The notes: generated from the letters alone by a model not told the origin. Counted from the first letter of the stretch, positions 38,648 through 48,852 are shown. The stretch: DNA of 64,000 nt from an uncultured Candidatus Micrarchaeota archaeon (GCA_963714085.1 OY970229.1:96001-160000), one strand, 5' to 3'. Program-made: numbers and translations.

Positions 38648-39394
38648 GTGATTCTTATGGTCCCAAACCCGAATAGCGGACGCGCTTACGCGTTCATCAA
38701 CTGCACGAAGCCCAAGAGCGACGTCGAGTGGATAGCGAACGACATAAGGGGAATGTTCGCGCAGGAGATACCGCTGCTAGAGCGCATGACCCTGAAAGTG
38801 AACCGGGGCCTCACGTTCCTGAGCGCCAGGGGGCGGATGGTCGAGGCGAAGTCCGAGCTGCTCAAGGTCGTGCGCGATGCCGAGGCCAGGTGCGCGCTGT
38901 TCACGAAGAGGGAAGAGGACGAGCTGATAAAACCCGTGCGCGCCTGTGACCCTGCGATGGCATTGGTCGAACCCCAGGGCCCCATGGCGATAGACGCGAG
39001 GGTCTTCGCAAGCATCCGTCGCCGTGCCGCCTCAGACCTCTACGCGATCCGCGCCTCGCTGCCGAACACGCCGAACAAGACCGTGGCCGACGAGCTAGCG
39101 GCGATAGTGAACCAGATGTACCAATCCCCGTTATACTCGGAAGGCGAGAGGTTCTGGGGGATAATAGCGTATCTCGATGAGGGATCGTTCACAGTTCCTA
39201 TCAAGTCATTGATCGACGGGCCGGTGTCTGAATTCGATTCCCTCCTTCTCCGCGCCATTAACGCCGGGAAGGGAGCTGCAAACGTGGAGGAGAGGGGCGC
39301 ATTCGCTGGTAAGGATGGCAGGGAGTACTCGTTCGAAAAACAAGGCGACGATCTGATCATCTGCAAGAAGAGGGCGTACGTGCTCCGCGAGTGA
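38648..39394 (+). CDS. Hypothetical protein
   Basis: 248-aa ORF with AT-rich promoter-like region upstream; no motif recognised. Confidence 0.7.
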   Translation: MILMVPNPNSGRAYAFINCTKPKSDVEWIANDIRGMFAQEIPLLERMTLKVNRGLTFLSARGRMVEAKSELLKVVRDAEARCALFTKREEDELIKPVRACDPAMALVEPQGPMAIDARVFASIRRRAASDLYAIRASLPNTPNKTVADELAAIVNQMYQSPLYSEGERFWGIIAYLDEGSFTVPIKSLIDGPVSEFDSLLLRAINAGKGAANVEERGAFAGKDGREYSFEKQGDDLIICKKRAYVLRE

Positions 39395-39426
39395 AGATTT
39401 TTAATCGCCAGCGCTGATTCTTGACC

Positions 39427-39639
39427 ATGGACAGGCCAATCCTCGGTCCCGGGACGCAGATGCGCATGGTCGGCAGGACCAACAGCATCGAAGAAGCCAA
39501 TTTAATCGCCGAGCGCTACGAGGCCGAGGGCTACGAGACGCAGATAGTGAAGAAAAAGCAGGCCTCGCTTACGATATACGAGGTCTGGGCCGGGAAGAAG
39601 CCGGACGTTTTCACGGGCGCGCCGAATCAGCGTATGTAG
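39427..39639 (+). CDS. Small hypothetical protein
   Basis: TTTTAA box ~30 nt upstream; beta-alpha-beta-beta pattern (EEANLIAERYEAEGYETQIV...YEVW). Confidence 0.6.
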   Translation: MDRPILGPGTQMRMVGRTNSIEEANLIAERYEAEGYETQIVKKKQASLTIYEVWAGKKPDVFTGAPNQRM

Positions 39640-39974
39640 GGCATCGGCATGGGCGCCAGCTGCGGCGCGGATTCCGCCTTGCTCTTCCTCTTGCTGTATT
39701 CCTTGCCGAATTCGTCCCATATCTGTTTGCCCAGTTCCCCGCGCACGATCTTGGTCACCACCATGCGCCTCTGGGGCGAGTTGGGCGCCAGGGGCGAATA
39801 GTCCGCGATGATGTAGTCCTTCTCCCGGATGTCCTTGGCTATCCTCCTGTCCACTTCGAGGAGGAGCAGGTTCTCGTCCCACATCTTCACCATGGCCTGG
39901 ACGGACTTGTCCGCGCTGATTATGCCCTTGCCCTTGGGCAGCACTATTTTCATGACCTTGCCTATATGGAACAT
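39627..39974 (-). CDS. Hypothetical protein (OB-fold-like)
   Basis: Start MFHIGKV at 39974 with TTTAAATA upstream; housekeeping-like codon usage. Confidence 0.7.
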   Translation of the reverse strand: MFHIGKVMKIVLPKGKGIISADKSVQAMVKMWDENLLLLEVDRRIAKDIREKDYIIADYSPLAPNSPQRRMVVTKIVRGELGKQIWDEFGKEYSKRKSKAESAPQLAPMPMPYIR

Positions 39975-40102
39975 TCTCGCACCTCGTAGAAGAAACGGAG
40001 ATAGGGTATTTAAACAAATGTCTTGCAGGAAAGAAGCTCCCCTTCTCCTCCAGCCGAAGCATTCCGCAAGCAATTTAAACCTGAAGAGGGCTAGCCATAG
40101 CG

Positions 40103-40756
40103 ATGGACCAGGACAGGATCGTGCTCGACAAGAAGGCGTTCGGCGCCCTGGCGGTCGACTCAAGGGTGAAGCTGCTCAAGGCGCTCACCTTGCGCAGGAA
40201 GATGCTGACGGAACTCGCGGCAGAGCTCAAGCTCTCCGCATCGGCCACCAAGGAGCACCTGGACACGCTGGTGGAGGCCGGCCTGATCGAGAAATTCGAC
40301 GAGGGCCACAAGTGGAAGTACTACGCGCTCACAAGGAAAGGCGCGGGCATAGTCACGCCTGACAGGGAGATAAAGGTCTGGGTGATACTCGGCATCTCCA
40401 TAATCGGGCTCATCCTCTCGTCCTTGCTCATGCTCAACTCGCTGCCCGCCAGCGCGACGATGCAAGCGCCGCAGGTCGCGACGGCAGCGGTGCCGGCTCC
40501 CGCGGCCGTAGAGGCGCCCGGGACCAATGCGCAGGCCGGGCCGAGCCTTGGGACCACTGCCATAGAGATCACCAACACGAGCGTCGGGGCGGCCGAGGCA
40601 GCTGCGAACAACGTGTCCGCGGAGGTCGTCCCAGAGGGCCTCGCGGCGCCGCTCGAAGGCAATCCGCCGTTTTCGCCCTACATGGCGCTGTCCGCGCTCT
40701 GCGCGCTCGTCGCGGCCGTGTGCGTGGTCTACCTCGTCATAGACAGGATGCGCTGA
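40103..40756 (+). CDS. Membrane-anchored ArsR-type winged-helix regulator
   Basis: ALAVDSRVKLLKAL...LTELAAELKLSASATKEHLDTLVEAGLI...YYALTRKG followed by two TM helices flanking an Ala/Pro-rich loop. Confidence 0.85.
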   Translation: MDQDRIVLDKKAFGALAVDSRVKLLKALTLRRKMLTELAAELKLSASATKEHLDTLVEAGLIEKFDEGHKWKYYALTRKGAGIVTPDREIKVWVILGISIIGLILSSLLMLNSLPASATMQAPQVATAAVPAPAAVEAPGTNAQAGPSLGTTAIEITNTSVGAAEAAANNVSAEVVPEGLAAPLEGNPPFSPYMALSALCALVAAVCVVYLVIDRMR

Positions 40757-40795
40757 AACGAATATTTTTATATGTGCGCTGCGTTAGCCCTGATT

Positions 40796-41584
40796 ATGGC
40801 GGGCGAAGATCTCTGTTGCATGGGCATATTCCTGGCAGGCATAGTGGTCTTCGTGATCATCCCCGCGTTCGTGCGGATAATCTACGACTACCAGAAGGGC
40901 CTCGTGCTGACATTGGGCAAATTCTCCGGCATGCGCAACAGCGGGGTCCAGATCATAATCCCGCTGCTCCAGAGCCTGCGCGTCGTGGACCTGCGGATAC
41001 AGACCATAGACATCCCCAAGCAGGAGGTCCTCTCCAAGGACAACGTGAGCGCGTTCATAAACGCGGTCGTCTATTTCAAGATAGTGAACCCCGAGGTCGC
41101 GGTCTTCAACGTCCAGGACTACCGGGCCGCGGTGTACCAGCACAGCCAGACCGCGATAAGGGACGTGGTCGGGAGCAGGACGCTGGACCAGCTCCTCATG
41201 GACCGCAAGTCCATATCAGACTCCATCTCGACCGCGGTGGACAAGGACGCCCAGGGCTGGGGTGTGGACATAACCGGCATCAAGATACAGGACATCGTGC
41301 TCCCTGACACCATGAAGCGCGCAATGGCCAGGCAGGCGCAGGCTGAGAGGGAGAAGCGCGCGTCCATCATAGTGGCCGAGGGAGAGAACATGGCCGCCGA
41401 GAAGCTGGCTCTCGCGGCGAAGATACTGAGCGAATCGCCGGGCGCCATGCACCTGCGCACGCTGCAGATGGTGTCCAGCATCTCCGCGGACAAGACCAAT
41501 GTGATGAACTTCGTGCTACCGATAGAAGGGGTGCAGATCCCGGACCGGCCCGAGCCGAAGGTGGAGGCCAAGCCCAAGAAGTGA
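40796..41584 (+). CDS. SPFH/stomatin (slipin) family protein
   Basis: VDLRIQTIDIPKQEVLSKDNV, AMARQAQAEREKRA, HLRTLQ. Confidence 0.93.
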   Translation: MAGEDLCCMGIFLAGIVVFVIIPAFVRIIYDYQKGLVLTLGKFSGMRNSGVQIIIPLLQSLRVVDLRIQTIDIPKQEVLSKDNVSAFINAVVYFKIVNPEVAVFNVQDYRAAVYQHSQTAIRDVVGSRTLDQLLMDRKSISDSISTAVDKDAQGWGVDITGIKIQDIVLPDTMKRAMARQAQAEREKRASIIVAEGENMAAEKLALAAKILSESPGAMHLRTLQMVSSISADKTNVMNFVLPIEGVQIPDRPEPKVEAKPKK

Positions 41585-41588
41585 TGCT

Positions 41589-42290
41589 ATGGTATTCACG
41601 ATCATAAACCAGTACGAGAAGGGCGTCCGGTTCATGCTGGGCAAGTACGACAAGGTGCTCGAGCCGGGATTCGCCTGGAACATCCCGTTCTTCCACAGCG
41701 TCCGCACGCTGGACATGCGCGTGAAAACCATTCCCATACAGCCGCAGGAGGCCATGACCAAGGACAACGTGCCGGTCAAGATCGCCGCCGTGGTCTACTA
41801 CAAGATAGTGGACCCGCTCAAAGTCGTCATGGCCATCTACGACTACAACTTCGCGATCGCGCAGTACGCCCAGACCGCGGTCCGGGACGTCATAGGCAAC
41901 AACGAGCTGGACTTCGTCCTGGCCGACCGCGACAAGATAGCCGACGAGATAGAGAAGCTCGTGGACGTGGAGACCACTGCCTGGGGGGTGGACGTGTCCG
42001 CGATAAAGCTCCAGGACATAGAGCTCCCTGAGGACATGAAGCGCGCCATGGCCAAGCAGGCCGAAGCGGAAAGGGAGAAGCGCGCGACCATAATCCTGAG
42101 CGAGGGGGAGTTCCAGTCCGCGAACAACTACGCCGAGGCGGCGAGGAAGCTCTCCTCCATACACGGGGCGCTCCACCTGAGGACGCTCCAGACGCTCGCG
42201 ACCAACGTGTCGTCCGAGGATTCGCCCACGCACCTGTGGCTGCTGCCCACCCAGATAATGAAGTTCTTCGAGAGCTGGGGAAGGAAGTAG
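41589..42290 (+). CDS. SPFH/stomatin family protein lacking N-terminal TM
   Basis: LDMRVKT, TKDNV, AMAKQAEAEREKRA, HLRTLQ. Confidence 0.93.
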   Translation: MVFTIINQYEKGVRFMLGKYDKVLEPGFAWNIPFFHSVRTLDMRVKTIPIQPQEAMTKDNVPVKIAAVVYYKIVDPLKVVMAIYDYNFAIAQYAQTAVRDVIGNNELDFVLADRDKIADEIEKLVDVETTAWGVDVSAIKLQDIELPEDMKRAMAKQAEAEREKRATIILSEGEFQSANNYAEAARKLSSIHGALHLRTLQTLATNVSSEDSPTHLWLLPTQIMKFFESWGRK

Positions 42291-42392
42291 GTTCCTGGTT
42301 CTTCCAATTTTTTCTTCTATCCAGTCCGTTCCAATCCGGATATTGTCGCTATTTACGGTAAAAAGGTAAGGTTTAAATAGATGGAATGAGTA

Positions 42393-42821
42393 ATGAATCC
42401 GGTAATGCTCATGGCAAAAAAGACTTTAGAATACCAAAACCAGAGGACCCGGAGGGACGGCGCGACCGTGCATTCAAGCCTGACCGGGCGGTTTTTCAAG
42501 ACTGCAGACGTCCGGGTCGACTACCCCCGGAACCTTTCGGTCCATGCGGTATTGACGAAAAGCCCTCTTCACCGCGAAATGATCGCGGCCGTCGCCACGG
42601 TATCGGGCAAATCCGCGGCCAATGGAACTGCTGTGGTGGGCGAGATACAAAAAACCAAGTGGCCGCGTTCACCAGACGGCTATCATGCTCTAGCGTATGA
42701 GATCGCCATCCCCGATATAGCCGGTAAAAAAATCAACGGCCAGGCGGTGAGACGGGCGATAATGACGGCGGTCAGCGAATTGATAGAAGCGTATCTGGAA
42801 TTCGAAACGCACGCTGAATGA
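42393..42821 (+). CDS. Hypothetical protein (orphan)
   Basis: ORF downstream of AAAAGGTAAGGTTTAAATA promoter-like motif. Confidence 0.55.
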   Translation: MNPVMLMAKKTLEYQNQRTRRDGATVHSSLTGRFFKTADVRVDYPRNLSVHAVLTKSPLHREMIAAVATVSGKSAANGTAVVGEIQKTKWPRSPDGYHALAYEIAIPDIAGKKINGQAVRRAIMTAVSELIEAYLEFETHAE

Positions 42822-42882
42822 ATCATTCAGAAAACCCCATTCTTTCATCGGGATTAAATTGTTTTTGCATCATCATACCTAC

Positions 42883-43500
42883 ATGGATCAAGTGCGGGTC
42901 CGGCTCGTCTATCCGGGTTTCCTCTCAGAGAGGTACGTGAGGGCCGCCCAGGAGGGGCTCCGGTCATTCGAGAAATTCGGCGCCCTGGTGGAAAACAGGT
43001 GCGCGATGGATGGGGCCGCGTTCAGGGGGCTCAGATACCCGGGCCTGGTGCGCAGGATAGCACTGGCGGAGCACGACATACATTTCAGCCGCCTGAAGAG
43101 GCCGCATGACCATCCCTGGAACGCCTTCGGTATCGCGATCACGCCCCATTTCCTGTTACTGTCAGACGACACCATGGACAGGTTCTCCGGATTCGCAGGA
43201 TACCAGACGCTGGGGGTCGTTTCGCTCGCAGTGCCGCTGCGGCTCGAGGAGCCGGGCCCTGCCATCACCGCCATGGTCAAGTGCCAGGCGGGCAGGCTGC
43301 TGATCCCGTTGCCGGACGAAAAAGAACCTCCTGGGCCCGACAACAAACCTGCGGGCTGCCATGATGATTGCCTGATGCAGCCAATCGGCGGTTTTTTCGA
43401 TTTCGTAGACCGGGTCGTGGCCCGCGACCTGGATTTCTGCGAAGCGTGCAAAGGCGCCATAAGCAGGACGATAGTGCGGCTGAGCCATGGCATGAACTGA
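42883..43500 (+). CDS. Archaemetzincin-like protein lacking the HExxH zinc motif
   Basis: GFAGYQTLGVVSL, then CQAGR at the HELGH position, C..DCLM (Met-turn) and DFCEAC. Confidence 0.6.
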   Translation: MDQVRVRLVYPGFLSERYVRAAQEGLRSFEKFGALVENRCAMDGAAFRGLRYPGLVRRIALAEHDIHFSRLKRPHDHPWNAFGIAITPHFLLLSDDTMDRFSGFAGYQTLGVVSLAVPLRLEEPGPAITAMVKCQAGRLLIPLPDEKEPPGPDNKPAGCHDDCLMQPIGGFFDFVDRVVARDLDFCEACKGAISRTIVRLSHGMN

Positions 43501-43506
43501 TTTCCG

Positions 43507-44481
43507 CTAGGCCCTCAGGTACATCGCGAGCATCACTACGGCGACGAGCGCCTCGAGCCCCATGAAGAAGAACACCAGGTTGCGCTCGGTTATGCCGTTG
43601 AACGCCTTCATGACGAGCTGGCAGAAGCCGCGGACCTTGCCTTCGAGCGGGTAGAGCTTCCCGTCACGGTATTCGCCCCACCACTTGCTCGAGGGGAACC
43701 GGTTGTACGCCTTGATGAAGAAGTCGATGACATACGGGATCATGAGTATGGCGCCCGCGGTGTCGAAGTTCCCGATTATCACGGCGGCCGCGAGCGCCGC
43801 GCCTATCGTGAGGTTGCCCACGTCGCCTGGGAACACGCTGGAGGGGTTCTTGTTGAACACCATGAACGCGGCCAGGGCCGCCATCATGGATATTGATATG
43901 AGCGCCATGTCGGTCGAGCCGTGCGCCACTGCGAGTATGGTCATTGCCCCGAATACCACGATGCCCATGCCGGCCTCCAGGCCGTTGAAACCTGCGAGCA
44001 TGTTCGTGAGGTTGGACGCGACCGCCACGCCGACCGGTATGAGCACCAGGATGTAGAAGACGCCGAAATTCACCACCCCGATGAGCGGGATGAGCAGCGT
44101 GGTCTTTCCCGTGGCCTTTACCGCGACCAGCGGGATGGCGGCGAACAGCGGGAGGAACGCCTTGTACTTCTGGGGTATGTCTATGAGGTCGTCCACCACG
44201 CCTATGAACGCGACCGAGTGTATCGTTATGAGAGCGGCGAGGAGCTTGATAAGGTCGAACTGGAAACCGAGGAAGGTGTTGAAGCATATGGCGAGCAGGA
44301 TGCCGCCCGTGAACCCGGCGACTATCGATATGCCGCCCATCTCAGCCACTTCCGGCCTGTCAGGCTTGTTCACGTCCCTGCCAGTGATGCCGAAGCGTTT
44401 CAGGCGCGGTATCAGGAAGTGCGAGAGCACGAGCGTGGCGAGGAAGGATACGACGGCGATGGCGAGGTAGTATAGGAGCAT
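43507..44481 (-). CDS. aglH: Polyprenyl-phosphate GlcNAc-1-phosphate transferase (GT4, AglH/GPT-like)
   Basis: GRDVNK...EMGG, GVVDD, SNLTNMLAGFNGLEAG, VFPGDVG. Confidence 0.85.
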   Translation of the reverse strand: MLLYYLAIAVVSFLATLVLSHFLIPRLKRFGITGRDVNKPDRPEVAEMGGISIVAGFTGGILLAICFNTFLGFQFDLIKLLAALITIHSVAFIGVVDDLIDIPQKYKAFLPLFAAIPLVAVKATGKTTLLIPLIGVVNFGVFYILVLIPVGVAVASNLTNMLAGFNGLEAGMGIVVFGAMTILAVAHGSTDMALISISMMAALAAFMVFNKNPSSVFPGDVGNLTIGAALAAAVIIGNFDTAGAILMIPYVIDFFIKAYNRFPSSKWWGEYRDGKLYPLEGKVRGFCQLVMKAFNGITERNLVFFFMGLEALVAVVMLAMYLRA

Positions 44482-44485
44482 CGGA

Positions 44486-45742
44486 TCACTTCTTCGAGCG
44501 TATCCCCTCAAGGACCTCCTTGGCGAAGTCCGAGCCGAAGTTCTTCTTCTCAGCGAGCTCCGCGGCGACCGCGTCTATCTCCTGGGGGGTCTGCGCCCCG
44601 GCTATCACCGCGACGTTCTTCGCATGGAGCTTCATGTGGCCGGCCTGTATGCCGACGCTGCTCAATGCGGCCAGCGCGGCGAAGTTGTTCGCGAGGCCGA
44701 CGCACGCGCACGCCATGGCCAGTTCCTTGGACGTCTTTATCCCGGCTATCTTGAGCGCGATCCTGGCTGTCGGGCTGGAGTTCACCGCGCCTCCGACCGT
44801 GGCGACCGCCATCGGCAATTCGATGCTTCCGAGCAGGTCGCCCTTCTCCGTCGCCTCGTAGCGCGTCAGCGGATGGTACTCGCCCATGGACGCGTAGGCG
44901 TGCGCCCCGGCCTCCACGGCGCGCCAGTCGTTGCCGGTCGCGAGCACGACCGCGTCTATCCCGTTCATCACGCCCTTGTTGTGGGTCGCGCAGCGGTAGA
45001 TGTCGGCTTTCGCGAGCTCGTAGCCGTCCAGGATGCCCTCGACGACCTTGTCGCCGATGACGCCCTTCTTCCAGACCGCGGACGCGCGGACCTTGCGCTT
45101 CACCGCGAGGTTCGTGATTATGCGCAGGCACACCCTGCCGTTCGTGAGCGTCGCGAGGGTCGGGGCCACGCCCTCGAGAGTGGTGTTCACCATGTTCGCG
45201 CCCATCGCGTCGCTCACGTTTATGTCGAACTCCACGAGCAGCATCTTCCCCCTCCGGGTCTCGAGCGCCCTCTCGCGGAAGCCGAGCACCTTGCCTCCCC
45301 ACCTCTCGTGGGGCTTCATGTACTCGGCGGCTATCTTGATTATCTCGTGCCTGTTCGTGTCCAGGTTCCTGATCGCCAGGTCCATGTCAGGCACGTCCAT
45401 GAGCTGCACCTGGCCTGTCATCACCGGCTCCTCGGCCTCTGCCTTGAACCCCTCGGGCAGGCAGAGCTTGGCCGCCCTGCACGCCGCTGCTATCACCGAG
45501 GGCTCCTCCAGAGCCATGGGGATGACCAAAGACTTGCCGTTTATCTTGAAATTAGTAGCCATGCCGAGCGGCAGGTGGACCGCGCCTATCACGTTCTCCA
45601 CCATCCGGTCCGCTAATTCCGGCTTGAGCGCGCCCATGTCGCTGAGCGCTGCCATCTCCTCGTCCGAGACGCCGGAATTCTCCTTTATCAGCTTCCGCCT
45701 CTCCGGAATAGTGAGCTTGTAAAAGCCTGAAAAGTCAGCCAT
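44486..45742 (-). CDS. mvaA: HMG-CoA reductase, class II
   Basis: SGFYKL, MVENVIG, EEPSVIAA, DAMGANMVNT, THNKGVMNGIDA, ATGNDWRA, GIQAGHMKLH. The track ORF is over-extended. Confidence 0.95.
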   Translation of the reverse strand: MADFSGFYKLTIPERRKLIKENSGVSDEEMAALSDMGALKPELADRMVENVIGAVHLPLGMATNFKINGKSLVIPMALEEPSVIAAACRAAKLCLPEGFKAEAEEPVMTGQVQLMDVPDMDLAIRNLDTNRHEIIKIAAEYMKPHERWGGKVLGFRERALETRRGKMLLVEFDINVSDAMGANMVNTTLEGVAPTLATLTNGRVCLRIITNLAVKRKVRASAVWKKGVIGDKVVEGILDGYELAKADIYRCATHNKGVMNGIDAVVLATGNDWRAVEAGAHAYASMGEYHPLTRYEATEKGDLLGSIELPMAVATVGGAVNSSPTARIALKIAGIKTSKELAMACACVGLANNFAALAALSSVGIQAGHMKLHAKNVAVIAGAQTPQEIDAVAAELAEKKNFGSDFAKEVLEGIRSKK

Positions 45743-45765
45743 GGTGCGATTCATCTCCAAAGAAG

Positions 45766-46221
45766 TTATAAACTGTAGCTGTCCTCGAGTTTTTTCAGCG
45801 CTGCGTCTATGTTCCCGAACGCGGAATCCGCCTTGCGGAAGTAGAAATCGCGGAACAGGGAGTTGAGGCTCTTGCCCTCGTCCTCCGAAAGCGCGTAGCG
45901 CCCCTTCTTCCTTGTGAGCATGCCCGCGTTCTTGAGCCTCAGCAGGTGGTAGTACACCGCCTTGGCGTTCGGCTTGGCGCGCGTCTCTGCCTCCAGCCGG
46001 TCGAGTATGTCCTTGGTGGTCGGCGACTCCTTCCTCACGTGGAAATACAGCAACGCGTCGAACACGTCGAGGAGCAGCGTCCTGGACTCGTTTGGCAGTA
46101 TGAGCCCCAGCGAGAGCGCGACCCAGCGCACCAGCGACTTCCGCGCGAGCAGCACGTCCTGGGGGAGCGCCATGTCCCGCAGCACGAGCTCCGACCTTAT
46201 GAGCCTTGATTCTGGAATCAT
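45766..46221 (-). CDS. Winged-helix protein, putative regulator upstream of HMG-CoA reductase
   Basis: PTTKDILDRL...KAVYYHLLRLKNAGMLTRKKGRYAL. Confidence 0.75.
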   Translation of the reverse strand: MIPESRLIRSELVLRDMALPQDVLLARKSLVRWVALSLGLILPNESRTLLLDVFDALLYFHVRKESPTTKDILDRLEAETRAKPNAKAVYYHLLRLKNAGMLTRKKGRYALSEDEGKSLNSLFRDFYFRKADSAFGNIDAALKKLEDSYSL

Positions 46222-46297
46222 GTTTGAATCTCCATGCCATACAATAAAAACCTTATCAATCACGTTAGTAACCAGATGGAAGGCGGGTTTTGAGAAA

Positions 46298-46669
46298 ATG
46301 GTCAACTTCGACGTTGTGACGCATCCGGACGTGGTGTTCGCCTATTCCCCTAATTATGTCGAGAGCACGATAAAGGTGAGCAACCCGGTCGGCGAGGCGT
46401 CCTGGGCAGAGGCCGACGTCTACGTCCCGAGCAAATTGTCCCTCAGCCCTGACAGCATGCTCAGGAAGGGGAGGATACGCGTCGGCGTGGTGGAGAAGAG
46501 CGAGACCAGGGAGAAGGCCGTGCGCATATACGCGAACCCGTATACCAGCCCCCAGGTCTACAGGTGCAAGATCGTGCTCTACATCTACAGCAAGGACGGC
46601 GTCATCGCCTCGCGGCTGGAGAAGGCGATGGACATACGGTGCGAGATGAAGAAGGCCGACACGATCTGA
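46298..46669 (+). CDS. Hypothetical Ig-like beta-sandwich protein
   Basis: Start MVNFDVV at 46298; beta-rich; codon usage like housekeeping genes. Confidence 0.7.
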   Translation: MVNFDVVTHPDVVFAYSPNYVESTIKVSNPVGEASWAEADVYVPSKLSLSPDSMLRKGRIRVGVVEKSETREKAVRIYANPYTSPQVYRCKIVLYIYSKDGVIASRLEKAMDIRCEMKKADTI

Positions 46670-46672
46670 TCC

Positions 46673-47176
46673 TCACTTAGCCGGGCGCCTGGAGCGGCGT
46701 GCGTAGCTCTTCGCGTAATCCTTCTTCGTGTTGAACTGTATCAATGATTCCGTCTGGGCCACGGTGTCGAACGTCCTCAGGTATCCGAATATGAAGTCGC
46801 TCAGCTCGTCGTTGTCCCGCACGCGCACCTTTATCAGGAAGTCGAACTGGCCCCCGGTCACGGCCATGTCCTCCACTGCCTCCTGCTTCGGCGCGTCCTC
46901 GAGCAGCTCGTTGTAGTCGGTGCCCGCCTTGCACCGGATCAGGATGTATGCGATCGTCTTCTTCCCCAGTTTCTCGTAGTCCAGGACCGTGACGAACTTC
47001 TTGATTATGCCCTCCTTGATGAGCTTCTTGAGGCGCCGGTTCACGGTCGCGACGGGTATGCCGGTCTTGCGCCCGATCTGCCTGCTGGATAATCTCGCGT
47101 TGTCCTTTATCGCATCTATTATCTCCAGGTCTATCCGGTCGGGTTCCATAATTTGATTCATTTGTACCATACGCAT
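46673..47176 (-). CDS. Lrp/AsnC family regulator (start may be a downstream Met)
   Basis: DRIDLEIIDAIKDNARLSSRQIG...TVNRRLKKLIKEGII, VTGGQFDFLIKV. Confidence 0.93.
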   Translation of the reverse strand: MRMVQMNQIMEPDRIDLEIIDAIKDNARLSSRQIGRKTGIPVATVNRRLKKLIKEGIIKKFVTVLDYEKLGKKTIAYILIRCKAGTDYNELLEDAPKQEAVEDMAVTGGQFDFLIKVRVRDNDELSDFIFGYLRTFDTVAQTESLIQFNTKKDYAKSYARRSRRPAK

Positions 47177-47279
47177 TATAAAATATGCTGCTTTTGCGCC
47201 TTTTGAGCCATTTTCGTGAGGAATAATTTATATAACTCATCCAAAGCATGAGTTGGATTATGAAAAAGGAGGTGGGGAT

Positions 47280-48833
47280 ATGGTTTTGCTGAGCGAACTG
47301 AAAAAAAAGCGGGGATCCAACGATACGGGATCGCAGAGCCGGGTTCCGCCGGGAAACTCCCTGGAGCGCGATCGGAATTATGTTAGATTCGTCAAATTGC
47401 CCACGAGCCTGCTCAACGAACCTGCGACTGGAAGCGCTGCGAAACCGACGAAGGAGACGCTTAACGCAGAGCTCCTGGATGCCGTCGAGGCGAGGAATCT
47501 CAATGCCGTGAAAAGGGCGCTGGACGGCGGGGCGGATCCCAACACGAAGGGCTTCATGGGGCGTTCGGTATGGAATATCGCCGATGGCAACGGCTACGGA
47601 GAGATCGCAGACGAATTGAAGAGCCGCGGGGCCATCACCGCTCCAGACGAGCCAGGACGTGAGATCCCGGACTCCACGGTCCAGCAGCTTTGCATAAAGA
47701 GCCTGTTGCAAACGCCGCAACCTCCGGCTGCACCGTCCCTTGCTGCGGAACCGCCGATGTGCCTGACTCCTGCGCCGGTGGGCGCGGTGAGCGAGGACGG
47801 GGACGACGAAGCCGGCATATACAGGTTCGGGGCGCTCCGCAGAACGCTCAGAGAACTGGCATCGAGCAGGATGACGGCACTTTATACTGGACTGATGGCT
47901 GGGATACTCGGCTTGGCTGCCGCCCATGGAATCTCGAACAAGATCGACGAACACCGCTCCGCGAAAGCCGAGATGGTGGGCCGGAAGGCCCCGGAAGCGT
48001 CTGCCCGGGCCGAGAAACCAAAGGCTCCGATAACTGAGCAGGAACTGAGGGCGAACAACAAAAAGCTCATCGATGCGGTGCGGGGAGGCGATGAGGGTTC
48101 CGCATGGGGCGCTTACCAAGACGGGGTGAGCAGGGAAGCGGTGAACGAAGCACGGCGGCTCGCTGCGTTGGGTAAGAACGAGAAGATGCTGAAATTAACA
48201 TATGATATACGCGAGCGTATGCGCGTCCTGGATCCGGACCAGGCCAAACCGCAGTACGATGGGAAAAATGAGAACAACGCAGACCTCATCAGGGCCGCGC
48301 ATCCGGTGCTAATCCCCAGGGATACCTACTGGGACTGGAAGACCGGCCCCATAAAGCGCGCTCTGAGTAAGGGAACGAGCAAGGAAGCGTTGTCCGACGC
48401 ACTGCTGACGGTTACGGCGTACAATCCACCAGACAGGTTGAAGCCCGCCAGGATGGAGATCGCGTACCTGATCGCGCAGCGCATGGAGCCGATGGCCGAA
48501 CCCGGAGCCAAGGCGGAAGGGAAACCGAAGGACCCGCAGCAGGCTGAGCCGAAGGAGGCTTCTCGTGCCCAGCCGGTTCCAAAAACCCCAGGGGCATCGC
48601 TCGCGCCCGGAGAGAAACAGGAGCTGCGCGGATCTTACGGCATCAACATGCCCGGGGGGAAGGCAGCCGAGAGCCAGCATGCGGCGACGGCCCGGGGCAG
48701 GGCGCTCACGCCCGGAGAGAAGCAGAAGCTGCGCGAAGAGCTCGGCGATGCCATGAAACGGGACGATGGGGAGGCAGTTAATAGGATACTGAAAAAAGCC
48801 GGTTTGGGTTCCCGGATACCTACGGCTGAGTAG
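47280..48833 (+). CDS. Ankyrin-like repeat membrane protein (orphan)
   Basis: ELLDAVEARNLNAVKRALDGGADPN...GYGEIADELKSRGA, central TM, further degenerate ankyrin-like units, repeated L.PGEKQ.LR. Confidence 0.75.
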   Translation: MVLLSELKKKRGSNDTGSQSRVPPGNSLERDRNYVRFVKLPTSLLNEPATGSAAKPTKETLNAELLDAVEARNLNAVKRALDGGADPNTKGFMGRSVWNIADGNGYGEIADELKSRGAITAPDEPGREIPDSTVQQLCIKSLLQTPQPPAAPSLAAEPPMCLTPAPVGAVSEDGDDEAGIYRFGALRRTLRELASSRMTALYTGLMAGILGLAAAHGISNKIDEHRSAKAEMVGRKAPEASARAEKPKAPITEQELRANNKKLIDAVRGGDEGSAWGAYQDGVSREAVNEARRLAALGKNEKMLKLTYDIRERMRVLDPDQAKPQYDGKNENNADLIRAAHPVLIPRDTYWDWKTGPIKRALSKGTSKEALSDALLTVTAYNPPDRLKPARMEIAYLIAQRMEPMAEPGAKAEGKPKDPQQAEPKEASRAQPVPKTPGASLAPGEKQELRGSYGINMPGGKAAESQHAATARGRALTPGEKQKLREELGDAMKRDDGEAVNRILKKAGLGSRIPTAE

Positions 48834-48852
48834 CCGCGCGGGGTTTACGGAT

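Noticed and set aside
45743..46240. Apparent long N-terminal extensions of HMG-CoA reductase, Alba, AcnX-small and the giant protein in the ORF track
   Set aside because: The extensions overlap neighbouring genes in other frames; conserved N-termini begin at downstream ATGs.
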